Shown: positions 36,099 through 46,239, numbered from the stretch's first letter. The stretch: DNA of 64,000 bases from Bordetella parapertussis (GCA_945897475.1 CAMDFL010000002.1:4368-68367), one strand, 5' to 3'. Numbers and translations: made by a program. Notes: generated by a model not told the origin, from the letters alone.

Positions 36099-38102
36099 TC
36101 AAATGGCGGGCTCGATTGTATCGAGCAATGGCGGCAAGGGGCTGTCGAGCGTCGCGCACAGGGCGCGCATAAGCTCTCCCTCCTGCACGGTGATTTTTTC
36201 GTCCGCGATCACTACGGCAAGGCAGGCTTTGATAAAGGCGGGTTTTTTCAGCGGCGCGAGCAGCTTGAGTTCGTAGAGAGCCGATTCGACATGGGCTATG
36301 CCAAGTTCCGCAGGCGAACGCATTACGCAACCGGCGAGGCCCAGCGCTTCAATGCCTTTGGTGAAGGAGGCCATGCCGCCCCGTCCAGCGTGCGCCAGTA
36401 CCGAGAGGACCACGCTGACCTCGGTGAGCACGCTGTCGAGATTCTTGTGCTTGACGGGCGGAGCGCCCTTGATGGGTTTGGCGAGATGCCGGCGGCACAA
36501 AGTCAGCAGCGCAAACTCTCCCATGGTGATTTTACGATCGGCCTGGACGAGTTCATCGACCTGCGCGAGAACCGCGTCACGTGCGGCCTGATCTAACGGG
36601 ATCAGCGAGGGAACCAGGAGTGCCATTAGCGGCATGCGCGCGCGCGGCCCCAGTTGACGCAATGCTTCGAGCAGATTTTCTGTCGCCTTGGCGATTGCCT
36701 CGCCGTGTCCACGTTGGATAGAGGCGAGCTGCGTGACACGTGCCTCGCCGTCTCCGATGAGCATCGCGAACAGTACGGCGCGCGCGCCAGCCTCTGATCG
36801 AGTGGCTTCATGCAGGGCAGGGGGGATCTGCTGCAACAGGAGGCGAGCGGCGTCGTAGTGCGACGCTGTCGGCTTGCCCACGCTATCCAGGAGTGCTTGA
36901 GGCGTGGTGCGGATCGCCAGCCCTGCGCCACCCCAGGGATTGGAAGATGGCTTGGCGGCGTCTTGAATTCCAGTTACCACGGCGCCTTGAATTCCCGCCA
37001 CCGCGGCTCCCATGCCCTCGGAGATTGCAGTATCCATGTCCTCAGGTGCCGCGGGTGCCACCGGTGGCTGATTGTGTACGCGGTTACGCATCATGACCAC
37101 GCCTAAGGGCCCCACCAGGCGCTTGATTCGATCATCTACAGAGGGATGGGTATTGAGCATCCCGAACATTCCGGAAACGGACTCGCCGAAATACATGTGG
37201 CTCAGATCCTCGGCATGCCGGTCTTGGATGAGGCCGTTCTGTCGCCCGATCTTGAACAAGGCCGCGCCTATGCCTTCCGGATTGCGAGTGAACTGCACCG
37301 AGGAGGCATCGGCGAGGAACTCGCGCTGGCGAGATATGGCAGCCTTGATCATGCGCCCCGCTAGCACGCCCACCGACCCTGCCAGCCACAGGCAAAGACC
37401 CACTAGAAATATTCGCAAATCGAAGTCGCGGCTGCTGCTGCTGTCGCGCTCTTCTCGGCGGCTGCTTCTGATACTCATCAAAAAACGCCCCAGCGCGCCG
37501 ATCATGACAATGCCCGAGATCACGCCCATTAATCGGATATTGAGGCGCATATCGCCATTCAGGATGTGGCTGAACTCGTGCCCGATGACTCCTTGCAGTT
37601 CATCGCGACTAAGCGCTTCGAGAGTGCCGCGCGTCACTGCGATAACGGCCTCATTTGGCGAATAGCCGGCGGCAAAGGCATTGATGGCCGGTTCGCTATC
37701 CATGATGTAGACCTGGGGCGCGGTGATGCCCGAGGCGATGGACATCTCCTCCACCACATTGAGCAGGCGCCGCTCCATGGCACCGCCTGAGTCGCGTGCT
37801 ACCAGGCGTGCGCCGACCATTTCGGCCACCGCGACGCCACCTGCAGACAGCTTCAGCAGCGTGGAAATGGTGCCAAAGGCGATGATGGCCAGGGTCAGGA
37901 AGGTAACGCCAAAATACAGCTCGCGCGGTGCTTGCCGGAAAATACTCGCCGATTCCAAGAGCGGGGTGCCCATGGCCATGGACCACGCGAACGCGCCGGC
38001 GATATTGAGCACGGTCACCACGGCCACGACGGCGATGATGAACATCACCACCATCAGCCGCGTGTGGCGGCGGGCATGATGCTGTTGTTCGAAAAAATCC
38101 AC
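36099..38102 (-). CDS. M48-family zinc metallopeptidase with transmembrane N-region and long C-terminal TerB-like extension
   Basis: HEXXH as GHEFSHILNGD, flanked by hydrophobic helices. The C-terminal ~330 aa end with a TerB-like string KKPAFIKACLAVVIADEKITVQEGELMRALCATLDSPLPPLL. Confidence 0.8.
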   Translation of the reverse strand: MDFFEQQHHARRHTRLMVVMFIIAVVAVVTVLNIAGAFAWSMAMGTPLLESASIFRQAPRELYFGVTFLTLAIIAFGTISTLLKLSAGGVAVAEMVGARLVARDSGGAMERRLLNVVEEMSIASGITAPQVYIMDSEPAINAFAAGYSPNEAVIAVTRGTLEALSRDELQGVIGHEFSHILNGDMRLNIRLMGVISGIVMIGALGRFLMSIRSSRREERDSSSSRDFDLRIFLVGLCLWLAGSVGVLAGRMIKAAISRQREFLADASSVQFTRNPEGIGAALFKIGRQNGLIQDRHAEDLSHMYFGESVSGMFGMLNTHPSVDDRIKRLVGPLGVVMMRNRVHNQPPVAPAAPEDMDTAISEGMGAAVAGIQGAVVTGIQDAAKPSSNPWGGAGLAIRTTPQALLDSVGKPTASHYDAARLLLQQIPPALHEATRSEAGARAVLFAMLIGDGEARVTQLASIQRGHGEAIAKATENLLEALRQLGPRARMPLMALLVPSLIPLDQAARDAVLAQVDELVQADRKITMGEFALLTLCRRHLAKPIKGAPPVKHKNLDSVLTEVSVVLSVLAHAGRGGMASFTKGIEALGLAGCVMRSPAELGIAHVESALYELKLLAPLKKPAFIKACLAVVIADEKITVQEGELMRALCATLDSPLPPLLDTIEPAI

Positions 38103-38143
38103 GGCGGGTGGGCCGACCCGTCAATGCTGCCTGAGGGCCTGAA

Positions 38144-38731
38144 TCAGGAAAAAGAAACCTTGACCGCCTTGCGCTCCTCGGGCGATTCGGTCGATTCCAG
38201 CAGCGTCGCGGGAGGAAATTTGCCGAAACCGGCGACGAAATTGTCGGGAAAACTCTCAATCGCGGTGTTATAGCTCATCACCGAATCGTTGAACGCCTGG
38301 CGGGCGAAGGCAATTTTGTTTTCGGTGCTGGTCAGTTCTTCGGTGAGCTGCATCATGTTCTGATTCGCCTTGAGATCCGGATAGGCCTCCGCGAGCGCGA
38401 AGAATCGACCCATGGCCCCGCTCAGACCCGCTTCGGCGCTCATCATTTGTTTCATCGCCTCGCCATCGGCGGGATTGGCCGCCGCGCGTTGCGTGGCGCT
38501 GGCCGCGCCGTTGCGCGCCGCGATCACCGCTTCCAGGGTATTGCGCTCGTGGGCCAGGTAGCCCTTGGCGGTCTCAACTAGATTGGGAATGAGGTCGTAA
38601 CGGCGTTTGAGTTGCACATCGATCTGCGCGAACGCGTTCTTGAACCGGTTTCGAAGCGCGATCAGTTTGTTATAAAGGGATATTGTCCAGACAACCAGTA
38701 TCAACAAAATGCCTAGTAGCAGCCACTCCAT
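38144..38731 (-). CDS. lemA: LemA family protein
   Basis: Trimmed to MEWLLLGILLILVVWTISLYNKLIALRNRFKNAFAQIDVQLKRRYDLIPNLVETAK (ATG 38731 after AAGGAGA). This is the canonical LemA N-terminus. Confidence 0.9.
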   Translation of the reverse strand: MEWLLLGILLILVVWTISLYNKLIALRNRFKNAFAQIDVQLKRRYDLIPNLVETAKGYLAHERNTLEAVIAARNGAASATQRAAANPADGEAMKQMMSAEAGLSGAMGRFFALAEAYPDLKANQNMMQLTEELTSTENKIAFARQAFNDSVMSYNTAIESFPDNFVAGFGKFPPATLLESTESPEERKAVKVSFS

Positions 38732-38788
38732 GATGATCTCCTTCGGTTGGACCGCATGGATTGTACCCATATGCCTGCAAATGCATCA

Positions 38789-38864
38789 CATTTGGAAGGG
38801 GACCAGGCATTTGTAAGGGCACCAGACATTTGGAAGGGCAGCACACATTTGGAAGGGAACCTAT
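38789..38864. repeat. 4 x 19-bp tandem repeat array upstream of lemA
   Basis: CATTTGGAAGGGGACCAGG, CATTTGTAAGGGCACCAGA, CATTTGGAAGGGCAGCACA, CATTTGGAAGGGAACCTAT. Head-to-tail, 58-133 nt upstream of the lemA ATG. Confidence 0.9.
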
Positions 38865-38890
38865 TGGCCGGTCGTATTGGATCTGTTTTT

Positions 38891-40144
38891 CTACCTCGCC
38901 GCGGGCCGCAACATGAACGCCATCAAAACGCTCACCATCGTGAATAAGCCCATCGCCGCAAGCGCGAGCGACCAGTGAATGCCGATAATGCTGCCAACGA
39001 TACCGATGGTGACCCCGCTGAATGCGCGCATTCCACCCGATGCCATTGAGAACAGGCCGATGACCCGGCCGCGCATGTGCGCGGGTGCTTCCAACTGCAC
39101 CAGCGTTTGCGCCATGGCGTAAAAGGTGAGTTCCATGAAGCCCGCTAAAAACAACACGACCAGGGCGAGCGGGTACCAGGTGGTTGCGGCGAACGCGCCC
39201 ATCGCGACGCACCAGAGCAAGGCCAGGATGCAGGCGGTGCGCGGCTGCGGTTTCAACCATCCGCGCATTTCCAGAGCTATCCCGGCCACCAGTGCCCCCG
39301 CCCCATCGGCGGCGAGCAGCATACTGTAGGAAAGGTCCGCCTCCGTGTGCCCTAGGCCATGGGCGAATTCGGGCATTTGTGCGTGATAGCCACCCGCGAT
39401 GAATAGCGACGCGCCGCCGGCCAGCAGCGTCATCGAAACAACGGCAGGTTTGTTGGTGATCTCGCGGATGGTGGCGACGATGTCCGCGAGGCCACGTACC
39501 GCTCGCGGCACAGGCTGCTTGCCTTCGCGAAATTTCGGGCCGTAGGGCGCGCGCCACAACCAATAGATCATCGGCAGGTAGATAAGCGCATTGAAAAGGA
39601 TCCCCCACGAGGGGCCCATCGCCAGCAATAACAAGCCACCCACCGCGGGTCCGGCGACGAAGCCCAGTGTGCGCGCAGTGGCGCTCAGACGCACCGCGCT
39701 GTGCAGTTGTTGCGGGCCAACAATGTCATGAATCAGCAATTGCGCGCTCGGTCCCCACAGCACGCCGGCAAAACCATGCAAGGTGAGCAGCACCATGGCG
39801 TGCCATACCTCTAGCGTGTCAGTTAAGAAAAGCAGACCCCAGCCAATCGACACCAGCATGAAAATTCCCATGCCAATTTGAATTAATCTGCGCGGGTCGA
39901 AGCGATCCGCCAGCGCGCCCGAGTACACCGAGAAAAACAGGAACGGCAGCCAGTGAGATAAGGCCGCAAATCCACCCAGGGCCGGTGACTGGAATTTTTC
40001 GAAAAGTATCCAGTAACTGATGGCGTGCTCGACGCTGTCGGCCATCATGGCCAGCGCGGAAACCACGAAATAAATCCGAAAATCGGCGACGCGCAGCGCG
40101 GCGAACGCTTTGGGAGATTCAGTGCTTGGGGTGGTGGCGCTCAA
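38891..40144 (-). CDS. MFS transporter
   Basis: Uniformly hydrophobic multi-pass protein. N-terminus FAALRVADFRIYFVVSALAMMADSVEHAISYWILF is typical of the EntS/DUF894-like MFS branch. Non-ATG start in the track, so the start is uncertain. Confidence 0.75.
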   Translation of the reverse strand: MSATTPSTESPKAFAALRVADFRIYFVVSALAMMADSVEHAISYWILFEKFQSPALGGFAALSHWLPFLFFSVYSGALADRFDPRRLIQIGMGIFMLVSIGWGLLFLTDTLEVWHAMVLLTLHGFAGVLWGPSAQLLIHDIVGPQQLHSAVRLSATARTLGFVAGPAVGGLLLLAMGPSWGILFNALIYLPMIYWLWRAPYGPKFREGKQPVPRAVRGLADIVATIREITNKPAVVSMTLLAGGASLFIAGGYHAQMPEFAHGLGHTEADLSYSMLLAADGAGALVAGIALEMRGWLKPQPRTACILALLWCVAMGAFAATTWYPLALVVLFLAGFMELTFYAMAQTLVQLEAPAHMRGRVIGLFSMASGGMRAFSGVTIGIVGSIIGIHWSLALAAMGLFTMVSVLMAFMLRPAAR

Positions 40145-40322
40145 AGGCGGGCTCTAGGGAGTTAGTGCATCGCGCTTGGCGCGGATTTATGGCGAATCGA
40201 AAATATGGCGAATGGGAGGCAGGCCAATGATAACGGGAATAAGGCCGAACAATCCGCGGGATCGTATTGGTACTCGGCTAAAATGCTTGCCGTTGATGTC
40301 TCATCCAATCAAAAAATAGCGT

Positions 40323-41564
40323 ATGCCAAACGATCCGAAAACATTCTCCTGGCCCAAGCAAGGCGTTACGCGCGTGCCTTATCGTGTCTATGACGATCCG
40401 GAGATTTTCGCGCGCGAGCAGGCGCTGTTGTTTCGCGGGCCGACCTGGAATTATCTCGGTCTGGATTGCGAGATTCCCAAGGCCGGTGATTACAAGCTGA
40501 ATTTTGTCGGTGATACACCGGTGATTTTGTGTCGCGATGAGCATGGCGAAGTGCACGCCATGGTCAACCGGTGCGCGCACAGGGGATCACTGGTGTGCAT
40601 TGAAAAACAGGGCAATCGTGAGCAATTAACCTGCGTGTATCACAACTGGTCATACAACCTGCGTGGCGACCTCATGAGCGTCGCCTTCAAACGCGGGGTG
40701 CGCGGCAAGGGCGGAATGCCATCGGATTTCGACAACGCCAAGCATGGTCTTGAGCGCCTGCGCGTGGCAAGTTTCCACGGTATTCACTTCGGTACTTTTT
40801 CCGAAGCCACACCTCCCATTGAGCAATATCTCGGCCCGGTGATGAGCGCTTATTTGAAGCGCATTTATGAGCGTCCGATGAAGGTGATCGGCGCGCATAG
40901 CCAATACCTGAAAAACAATTGGAAGCTGGTGATGGAAAATGTGCGCGATCCGTATCACGCTTCCATTCTGCATTTGTTTTTCGGCTCGTTCGGTCTGTCG
41001 CGCCAGACCATGAAAGGCGAGGCGCTCCTGGATGACAGCGGCTGGCATCACCTGGTGTACACCAAGCGAGGGACGGACGATATTCGCGGCACCGAATACG
41101 AAGGCAACAAGTTGCCGAATATGAAGTCGCACTTGAAATTGAATGATCCGAAAATATTGGAGGAGTGGCCTGAGTTTCCGGACGGCATCACCAACATGGT
41201 GCAAACCGTGTTCCCTACGGTCACCTTTCAGCAGATATCGAACTGCCTGGGCGTGCGCCACATCGTTCCGCGCGGACCGAACGAGTGCGAATGGTTCTGG
41301 ACCTTGTTGGGTTACGAGGACGATGAACCCTGGCAGACCAGAATTCGCGCGCGGCAGGCCAACTTGATTGGCCCAGCGGGGTTTATATCCATGGAGGATG
41401 GCGCGGTGACCAATTTCGTGCAGCGTGGGATACGTGGCGGAGGGTCGGACGCGCTCGCGGTGCTCGAGATGGGAGGTGGGCATACGGTGTCGGGCGAGGA
41501 TCGCGTTACCGAATCGACCATTCGCGGATTTTGGAAAGCTTATCGGGAAACCATGGGACTATGA
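40323..41564 (+). CDS. Rieske ring-hydroxylating oxygenase large subunit, salicylate-5-hydroxylase (NagG)-like
   Basis: CAHRGSLVC...CVYHNWSY Rieske motif. Collinear with NagG as I recall it (NWKLVMENVRDPYHASILH, ANLIGPAGFISMEDGAV, TESTIRGFWKAYRETMG). Confidence 0.85.
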   Translation: MPNDPKTFSWPKQGVTRVPYRVYDDPEIFAREQALLFRGPTWNYLGLDCEIPKAGDYKLNFVGDTPVILCRDEHGEVHAMVNRCAHRGSLVCIEKQGNREQLTCVYHNWSYNLRGDLMSVAFKRGVRGKGGMPSDFDNAKHGLERLRVASFHGIHFGTFSEATPPIEQYLGPVMSAYLKRIYERPMKVIGAHSQYLKNNWKLVMENVRDPYHASILHLFFGSFGLSRQTMKGEALLDDSGWHHLVYTKRGTDDIRGTEYEGNKLPNMKSHLKLNDPKILEEWPEFPDGITNMVQTVFPTVTFQQISNCLGVRHIVPRGPNECEWFWTLLGYEDDEPWQTRIRARQANLIGPAGFISMEDGAVTNFVQRGIRGGGSDALAVLEMGGGHTVSGEDRVTESTIRGFWKAYRETMGL

Positions 41565-42091
41565 CCGGAGTCGCATTGACCATGAATCCAACCATCGCCA
41601 CATCGTCTGCCGAAGCTATCGACAAGGCCGAGGCCCGCCTTCGCGTGGAAGATCTGTTGCGCGAGTACGCTGCATGCATCGACGATGGCCGCTATGAAGA
41701 ATGGCCAGCGATGTTCACCGAAGAATGCCGCTATCTCATCATTCCGCGCGAAAGCCATGAACGTGGCTATGTATCGGGCTTCTACCTGTGCGAGAGCCGT
41801 GGCATGTTGCAGGACCGTATCCTGTGTCTTCGCGAGACCGCCATCTACGAATCGCAGCATTACCGGCATCTCGTCGGCGGCACACGGGTGCTTGAATGGT
41901 CAAGCGGGAGCTGCCGCGCCGAAACGCCGTTTTCCGTGATTCGCACCACCCAGGATGGCGCGATGTCCTTGTTTGCCGCCGGAAAATATGTCGATGAAGT
42001 GGTGTTCGAGGGCGACAAGGCGCTGTTCCGTGAAAAGCTCGTCCTGACCGATTCCACGCGCATCGATATTCTTATCGCTGCGCCGCTCTAA
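41561..42091 (+). CDS. Rieske oxygenase small (beta) subunit, NagH-like
   Basis: ATG overlaps the alpha stop (ATGA at 41561-41564). NTF2-like beta-subunit pattern (YAACIDDGRYEEWPAMFTEECRYLI). Confidence 0.8.
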   Translation: MTGVALTMNPTIATSSAEAIDKAEARLRVEDLLREYAACIDDGRYEEWPAMFTEECRYLIIPRESHERGYVSGFYLCESRGMLQDRILCLRETAIYESQHYRHLVGGTRVLEWSSGSCRAETPFSVIRTTQDGAMSLFAAGKYVDEVVFEGDKALFREKLVLTDSTRIDILIAAPL

Positions 42092-42199
42092 TCGAGAAAC
42101 CTTGCTATCCGCGGTCAAGGCTGAGGCGAAGAAAATGAAATTTTCACAAATATTGAAATCAAAGTCATTTTAATATCTGCTAAAAAAGATAATTTTAAT

Positions 42200-43396
42200 T
42201 CAATATTTGATATATTTAAGGCGCCATTGCAAGCCCAGCGCAACAATCGCCCCGGCAATGAAAATCCCGCACACTGGCGCCCATCCGAAGTTGGCCAGTG
42301 TCATGCTGGCCAGAAACGCGCCCATTGTGTTGCCCCCCCAGTTGTGCGCACCAAAGATGGTGTTGCTGCGATTGCGTGCATCGGCGTCCACCCCGGCTAC
42401 TAAAGTCTGATTGGCGACTATGGCGCCGCGTATGCCGCAATCCATTACTGCCGCGCCTATGACCACAGCGCCGATCCACCAGGCGGAGAAGCCCAGAATG
42501 ATCATGGATATGATGTAGACAAAAATCGAGCTGACAACTACTGGCATTGCGCCGCTTCGGTCCATCCATCGGCCTGCTGCGCGTGAAATGAGCACACCGG
42601 CTGCACCGGGTATGGCCATCATGCCCGCTTCGGCCGGGCCCATGCCGTGCAGCAGCAACAACATGGGCGCCAGCGTCGCCCAGAACCCGCCATAGCCTAT
42701 GGCAAGAAAGAGTTGGGTGGCCGATGTCAGCCGCAGGCTGCGGCTGGACCGAAACAGTGTCCATACTGAGCGCAAAAGTGATCCATAGCCGACTTTAGTG
42801 GTCGGCGCGACACTGGGCAGGCGGGTGAACACGGCGATCGCGAGCAGGCTGAGTACCAGCGCCGTAAAGGCGAAACTCCAGCGCCAGCCGAACCATGCTC
42901 CGATCAGGCCGCTGGCGAGGCGATTAAATAAAAACCCGAGAAACATGGCCATGAGGATGGTTCCGACCACGCCGCCGCGCTCACTCGGCTTGGTCATGCC
43001 CACCGCTATCGGCACCAGATTCTGCGTAAGACACACGCAGGCCCCGACAACGAAGCTACCGGCAACCATGACCCAGAGCGATGTCGCGGTGGAGAGGATC
43101 AGAGTGTCAATAATCAATACGCTTAATTGCGCCAGGATAAGGCGGCGCTTGTCAACGCGGTCGCCCATGGGAACAATGAATATCAATCCCGCGAAATAAC
43201 CGGCAAAGGTGAGCGTGGCCACCCAGCCAATGGCCGCGGCATCGACGCCGAAATCCTGCGCCATCGCACCGAGCACCGGTGAGTGTGTGTGCATCGCCCC
43301 GCCTACCGCAAATCCGGTGCTGGCGAGCAGCAGCATCAAGCCGCGCGACAGGCGGGCCTCGGCGATATGCTGCTCTTTGACAAGATCCTTGATCAT
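42200..43396 (-). CDS. MFS transporter
   Basis: 12-helix-like hydrophobic profile with MFS loop motif GDRVDKRR. Start chosen at MIKDLVKE (43396). Confidence 0.8.
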   Translation of the reverse strand: MIKDLVKEQHIAEARLSRGLMLLLASTGFAVGGAMHTHSPVLGAMAQDFGVDAAAIGWVATLTFAGYFAGLIFIVPMGDRVDKRRLILAQLSVLIIDTLILSTATSLWVMVAGSFVVGACVCLTQNLVPIAVGMTKPSERGGVVGTILMAMFLGFLFNRLASGLIGAWFGWRWSFAFTALVLSLLAIAVFTRLPSVAPTTKVGYGSLLRSVWTLFRSSRSLRLTSATQLFLAIGYGGFWATLAPMLLLLHGMGPAEAGMMAIPGAAGVLISRAAGRWMDRSGAMPVVVSSIFVYIISMIILGFSAWWIGAVVIGAAVMDCGIRGAIVANQTLVAGVDADARNRSNTIFGAHNWGGNTMGAFLASMTLANFGWAPVCGIFIAGAIVALGLQWRLKYIKY

Positions 43397-43564
43397 GATG
43401 GCGGGCCGATATAATTGATCATCCCAAAGCAACATGACAGCCTCGTCAGAGGCGTGTTTTTGTCATGAATCATGAATTTATCGATATCTGCATTGAAACC
43501 TCGATTCTGCGCTATGCGCCATAATTCGTCGGCAAGAATACGATTTATATAACAGAGGAACGCC

Positions 43565-44539
43565 ATGAGAGTCATCGCAATAGAAGAGCATTTCATCACC
43601 CAGATGTATAAGGAGAAGGTCTCGGCCAACGAGTTCCGAAATTTTTACCTTACTTCTCGCGGGCAACAGATCGGCCACGACATTGCCGAGGAGAACGCCG
43701 ATCTGGGCGAATCGCGCCTGCGCCACATGGACGCGATGGGTGTCGATGTACAGGTGCTCTCCTTTGGTTCTCCGGGGCCTCAGGGTTTCGATGCTGCCAC
43801 CGCGATTCCGATGGCGCGCGATGCCAATGAAAAGCTCTACGAAGCGATGCGCAAATATCCCGGACGCTTCGAAGGATTCGCGGCACTACCCACCGCCGAC
43901 CCCGATGCCTCGGCGCGCGAGCTAGAGCGCTGCGTAAAGGAGCTGGGATTCAAAGGCACCATGATCCATGGTCATACCCAGGGCAGTTTTCTGGATGACA
44001 AGAAGTACTGGGGTATTTTCGAGGTCGCGGAGAAACTCGACGTACCCATCTACCTGCACCCGACGTATCCGCATCCGGATGCGATCAAGGCCTATTTTGG
44101 CGGCTATGAAGATCTGGCCCGTGCCGCCTGGGGATTCGCGATCGACACCAGTACCCATTTTCTGCGAATCGTGTTTTCGGGCGCCTTCGACGCTTATCCG
44201 AAGCTGCAATTCATCCTGGGGCACCTGGGAGAAGGCTTACCCTTCGCCATGCACCGCCTGAACGACCATACCTATCAGGCAGCTGCCAAGCGCGGTCTTA
44301 AAAAGACCCCACTCGAATATCTTCGCGACAACATGCTGGTCACCACCAGCGGCAACTGGTATGAGCCGGCGTTTGTCTGCACCTTGTTGGCGTTGGGAAT
44401 TGACAAAATTATCTTTGCCATCGACTGGCCCTACGAGCCCAACACCGCCGGCGTTGAATTTCTGAAAAAGCTTTCAATCAGCGACGCCGACCGGGAAAAA
44501 ATCGCGCACGGCAATGCCGAGCGGATACTGCGCATGTAG
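43565..44539 (+). CDS. amidohydrolase-2 (ACMSD/LigW/gamma-resorcylate decarboxylase-type) family protein
   Basis: MRVIAIEEHF start, MDAMGVDVQVLS, FKGTMIHGH, PIYLHP, and DWPYE near the C-terminus. These are hallmarks of non-oxidative aromatic-acid decarboxylases of the amidohydrolase superfamily. Confidence 0.8.
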   Translation: MRVIAIEEHFITQMYKEKVSANEFRNFYLTSRGQQIGHDIAEENADLGESRLRHMDAMGVDVQVLSFGSPGPQGFDAATAIPMARDANEKLYEAMRKYPGRFEGFAALPTADPDASARELERCVKELGFKGTMIHGHTQGSFLDDKKYWGIFEVAEKLDVPIYLHPTYPHPDAIKAYFGGYEDLARAAWGFAIDTSTHFLRIVFSGAFDAYPKLQFILGHLGEGLPFAMHRLNDHTYQAAAKRGLKKTPLEYLRDNMLVTTSGNWYEPAFVCTLLALGIDKIIFAIDWPYEPNTAGVEFLKKLSISDADREKIAHGNAERILRM

Positions 44540-44605
44540 AAAGGTAAAAAGGGCGGCAGACACGGGATCAGCAACACAGGCAAGGGTTTATGATTTTACT
44601 GCCGC

Positions 44606-45148
44606 CTATCCGCCCGAATTGTTATCCCGAACGCCGAGCAGTTCGTCTGATTCAAAAAATTTTCCGGCATGAAACAAAAGAGGGCTGGCGCTTGAGTAGT
44701 TAAACGTCAGCACCTCGCCCAGAAACACCATGTGGTCTCCGGCCGGGACACGGCTCGCTGTGCGGCAGTTGAAGATTGCGACGGCGCCTACCAGCGTCGG
44801 CGCGTTTTCGTTTTCGAGTATCCATTTCACTGTATTGAAATTGCGCGGCCCTGATTTTGCGAACGAGCGCCCATCGTCGAGATGTTCCTCGGCGAGCAGG
44901 TTGACGGTGAAATGTTCCACCTCGCGAAACACCGGCATCATGCTCGATGCATTGCGCAGCGACCATAAAATCAGTGGTGGTTCCAGAGATGCCGAGGTGA
45001 ATGAATTGACGGTGAGGCCATGTAAACCGCCTTGTGCGTCGCGCGCGGTGACAATCGCGACACCGGTTGGAAAACGGCCCAGGGCGTTGCGAAAGCCGCG
45101 CGCGTCGAAGGCGGCGATCGACGGGGCGGTGGAGGTGTTATTGGTCAT
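44606..45148 (-). CDS. flavin reductase family protein
   Basis: Trimmed to MTNNTSTAPS... FRNALGRFPTGVAIVTA and GLTVNSFTSASLEPPLILWS are the flavin_reduct domain signature. Confidence 0.85.
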   Translation of the reverse strand: MTNNTSTAPSIAAFDARGFRNALGRFPTGVAIVTARDAQGGLHGLTVNSFTSASLEPPLILWSLRNASSMMPVFREVEHFTVNLLAEEHLDDGRSFAKSGPRNFNTVKWILENENAPTLVGAVAIFNCRTASRVPAGDHMVFLGEVLTFNYSSASPLLFHAGKFFESDELLGVRDNNSGG

Positions 45149-45162
45149 GCCAGCGATTCCTT

Positions 45163-46143
45163 TTAGACCTTGTGTGTGGTGAGGGTCGACTCGGCGAATA
45201 ATTCCTCGACTGTGACGCGCCGATGGCACACGCCCTGCTCATAGGCATAATCGACGAAAGCCTGGAGCGTAGTCCGATTGGGTTCAATTCCATAGGGAAG
45301 ATAGTCGCTGCCGAAGATCGAACGCATGCGATCAGCGTAATTGGTCATCCAGGGCAGGGGTACGCGCGACACGCCGATCTCGCCCATGCGTCCGTAGGAT
45401 TTCTGCTTGGCTGTCTCAAATGCGTTGTAGACGTTCATTGCAAGCCATGGGTATTTCTTCAGAATTTCTGTCTTGAAGGAAATAACGTGCATGATCGGGT
45501 AGATGCCTGTTTCTTTGAAATACGCCTCCTCGGCGCCCTGGTAATCCGGGAACAGGCGTGCGACGCCTTCGCCGAATGAATCGGGTTGGCGCGCCGAAAG
45601 AATCGCATCGATCTTTCCGGCCAGCAATAGTTCCGAGAGCGTGTGGTCGCGATCAATGGTGTACTTCATGTCTTTGGGGAGTTTGAGCGCTACCTTCTCA
45701 ACGCGTCCCGGCTCATTGACCCCCGCCTGCACCCAGTGCACCGAATTGAGAGGCACTCGGGCGGTGTGGGTTAGAAGGCCGCGGCAATAAATGCCCGCGG
45801 TTTGCGCCCACTCGGGCACGCCGATGCGTTTTCCCTTCAACTGTTCGGCGCGTTTGATCTTGCCGTCGTCGCGAACATAGATCATTGAATGGCGAAAAAC
45901 ACGTGATACAAACACCGGGATGGCGGTGATGCTGGTGTCGTTTTGCGAGCGTAGCGAAACGATTTTTCCCATCGACATCTCCGAGATATCCCATTCCCGA
46001 TACATCGTGAAGCGATAGAAAATTTCCTCGGGAGTGAGATCCAATGCGGTAAGCTCCACGCCCTCGATCGGTATCTTGCCGGTGACGACGTCGCGCGTAT
46101 GGTCGGCGTCGCTCACCGCCAGCGTGAGTTCAATTTTTTTCAT
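45163..46143 (-). CDS. 4,5-dihydroxyphthalate decarboxylase-like (NMT1/PBP-fold) protein
   Basis: TPEEIFYRFTMYREWDISEMSMG, AIPVFVSRVFRHSMIYV, KGKRIGVPEW and IYPIMHVI follow the pattern of Pht5/PhtD-type decarboxylases as I recall them. Confidence 0.65.
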   Translation of the reverse strand: MKKIELTLAVSDADHTRDVVTGKIPIEGVELTALDLTPEEIFYRFTMYREWDISEMSMGKIVSLRSQNDTSITAIPVFVSRVFRHSMIYVRDDGKIKRAEQLKGKRIGVPEWAQTAGIYCRGLLTHTARVPLNSVHWVQAGVNEPGRVEKVALKLPKDMKYTIDRDHTLSELLLAGKIDAILSARQPDSFGEGVARLFPDYQGAEEAYFKETGIYPIMHVISFKTEILKKYPWLAMNVYNAFETAKQKSYGRMGEIGVSRVPLPWMTNYADRMRSIFGSDYLPYGIEPNRTTLQAFVDYAYEQGVCHRRVTVEELFAESTLTTHKV

Positions 46144-46239
46144 GGTTCTAATTCGGTCTTTCGCAAAGGCGCAGAGATTTTCACGGGCAACCCATTAATC
46201 TCACCGGGGAAGCCTGATTCTAATGGAGGAGCACTCACT

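Noticed and set aside
38747-38947. 66-aa plus-strand ORF (…HLEGDQAFVRAPDIWKGSTHLEGN…) and the 312-aa reverse ORF 38670-39608
   Set aside because: The first is a read-through of the 19-bp tandem array. The second is antisense/out of frame to the MFS gene. Neither has coding features.
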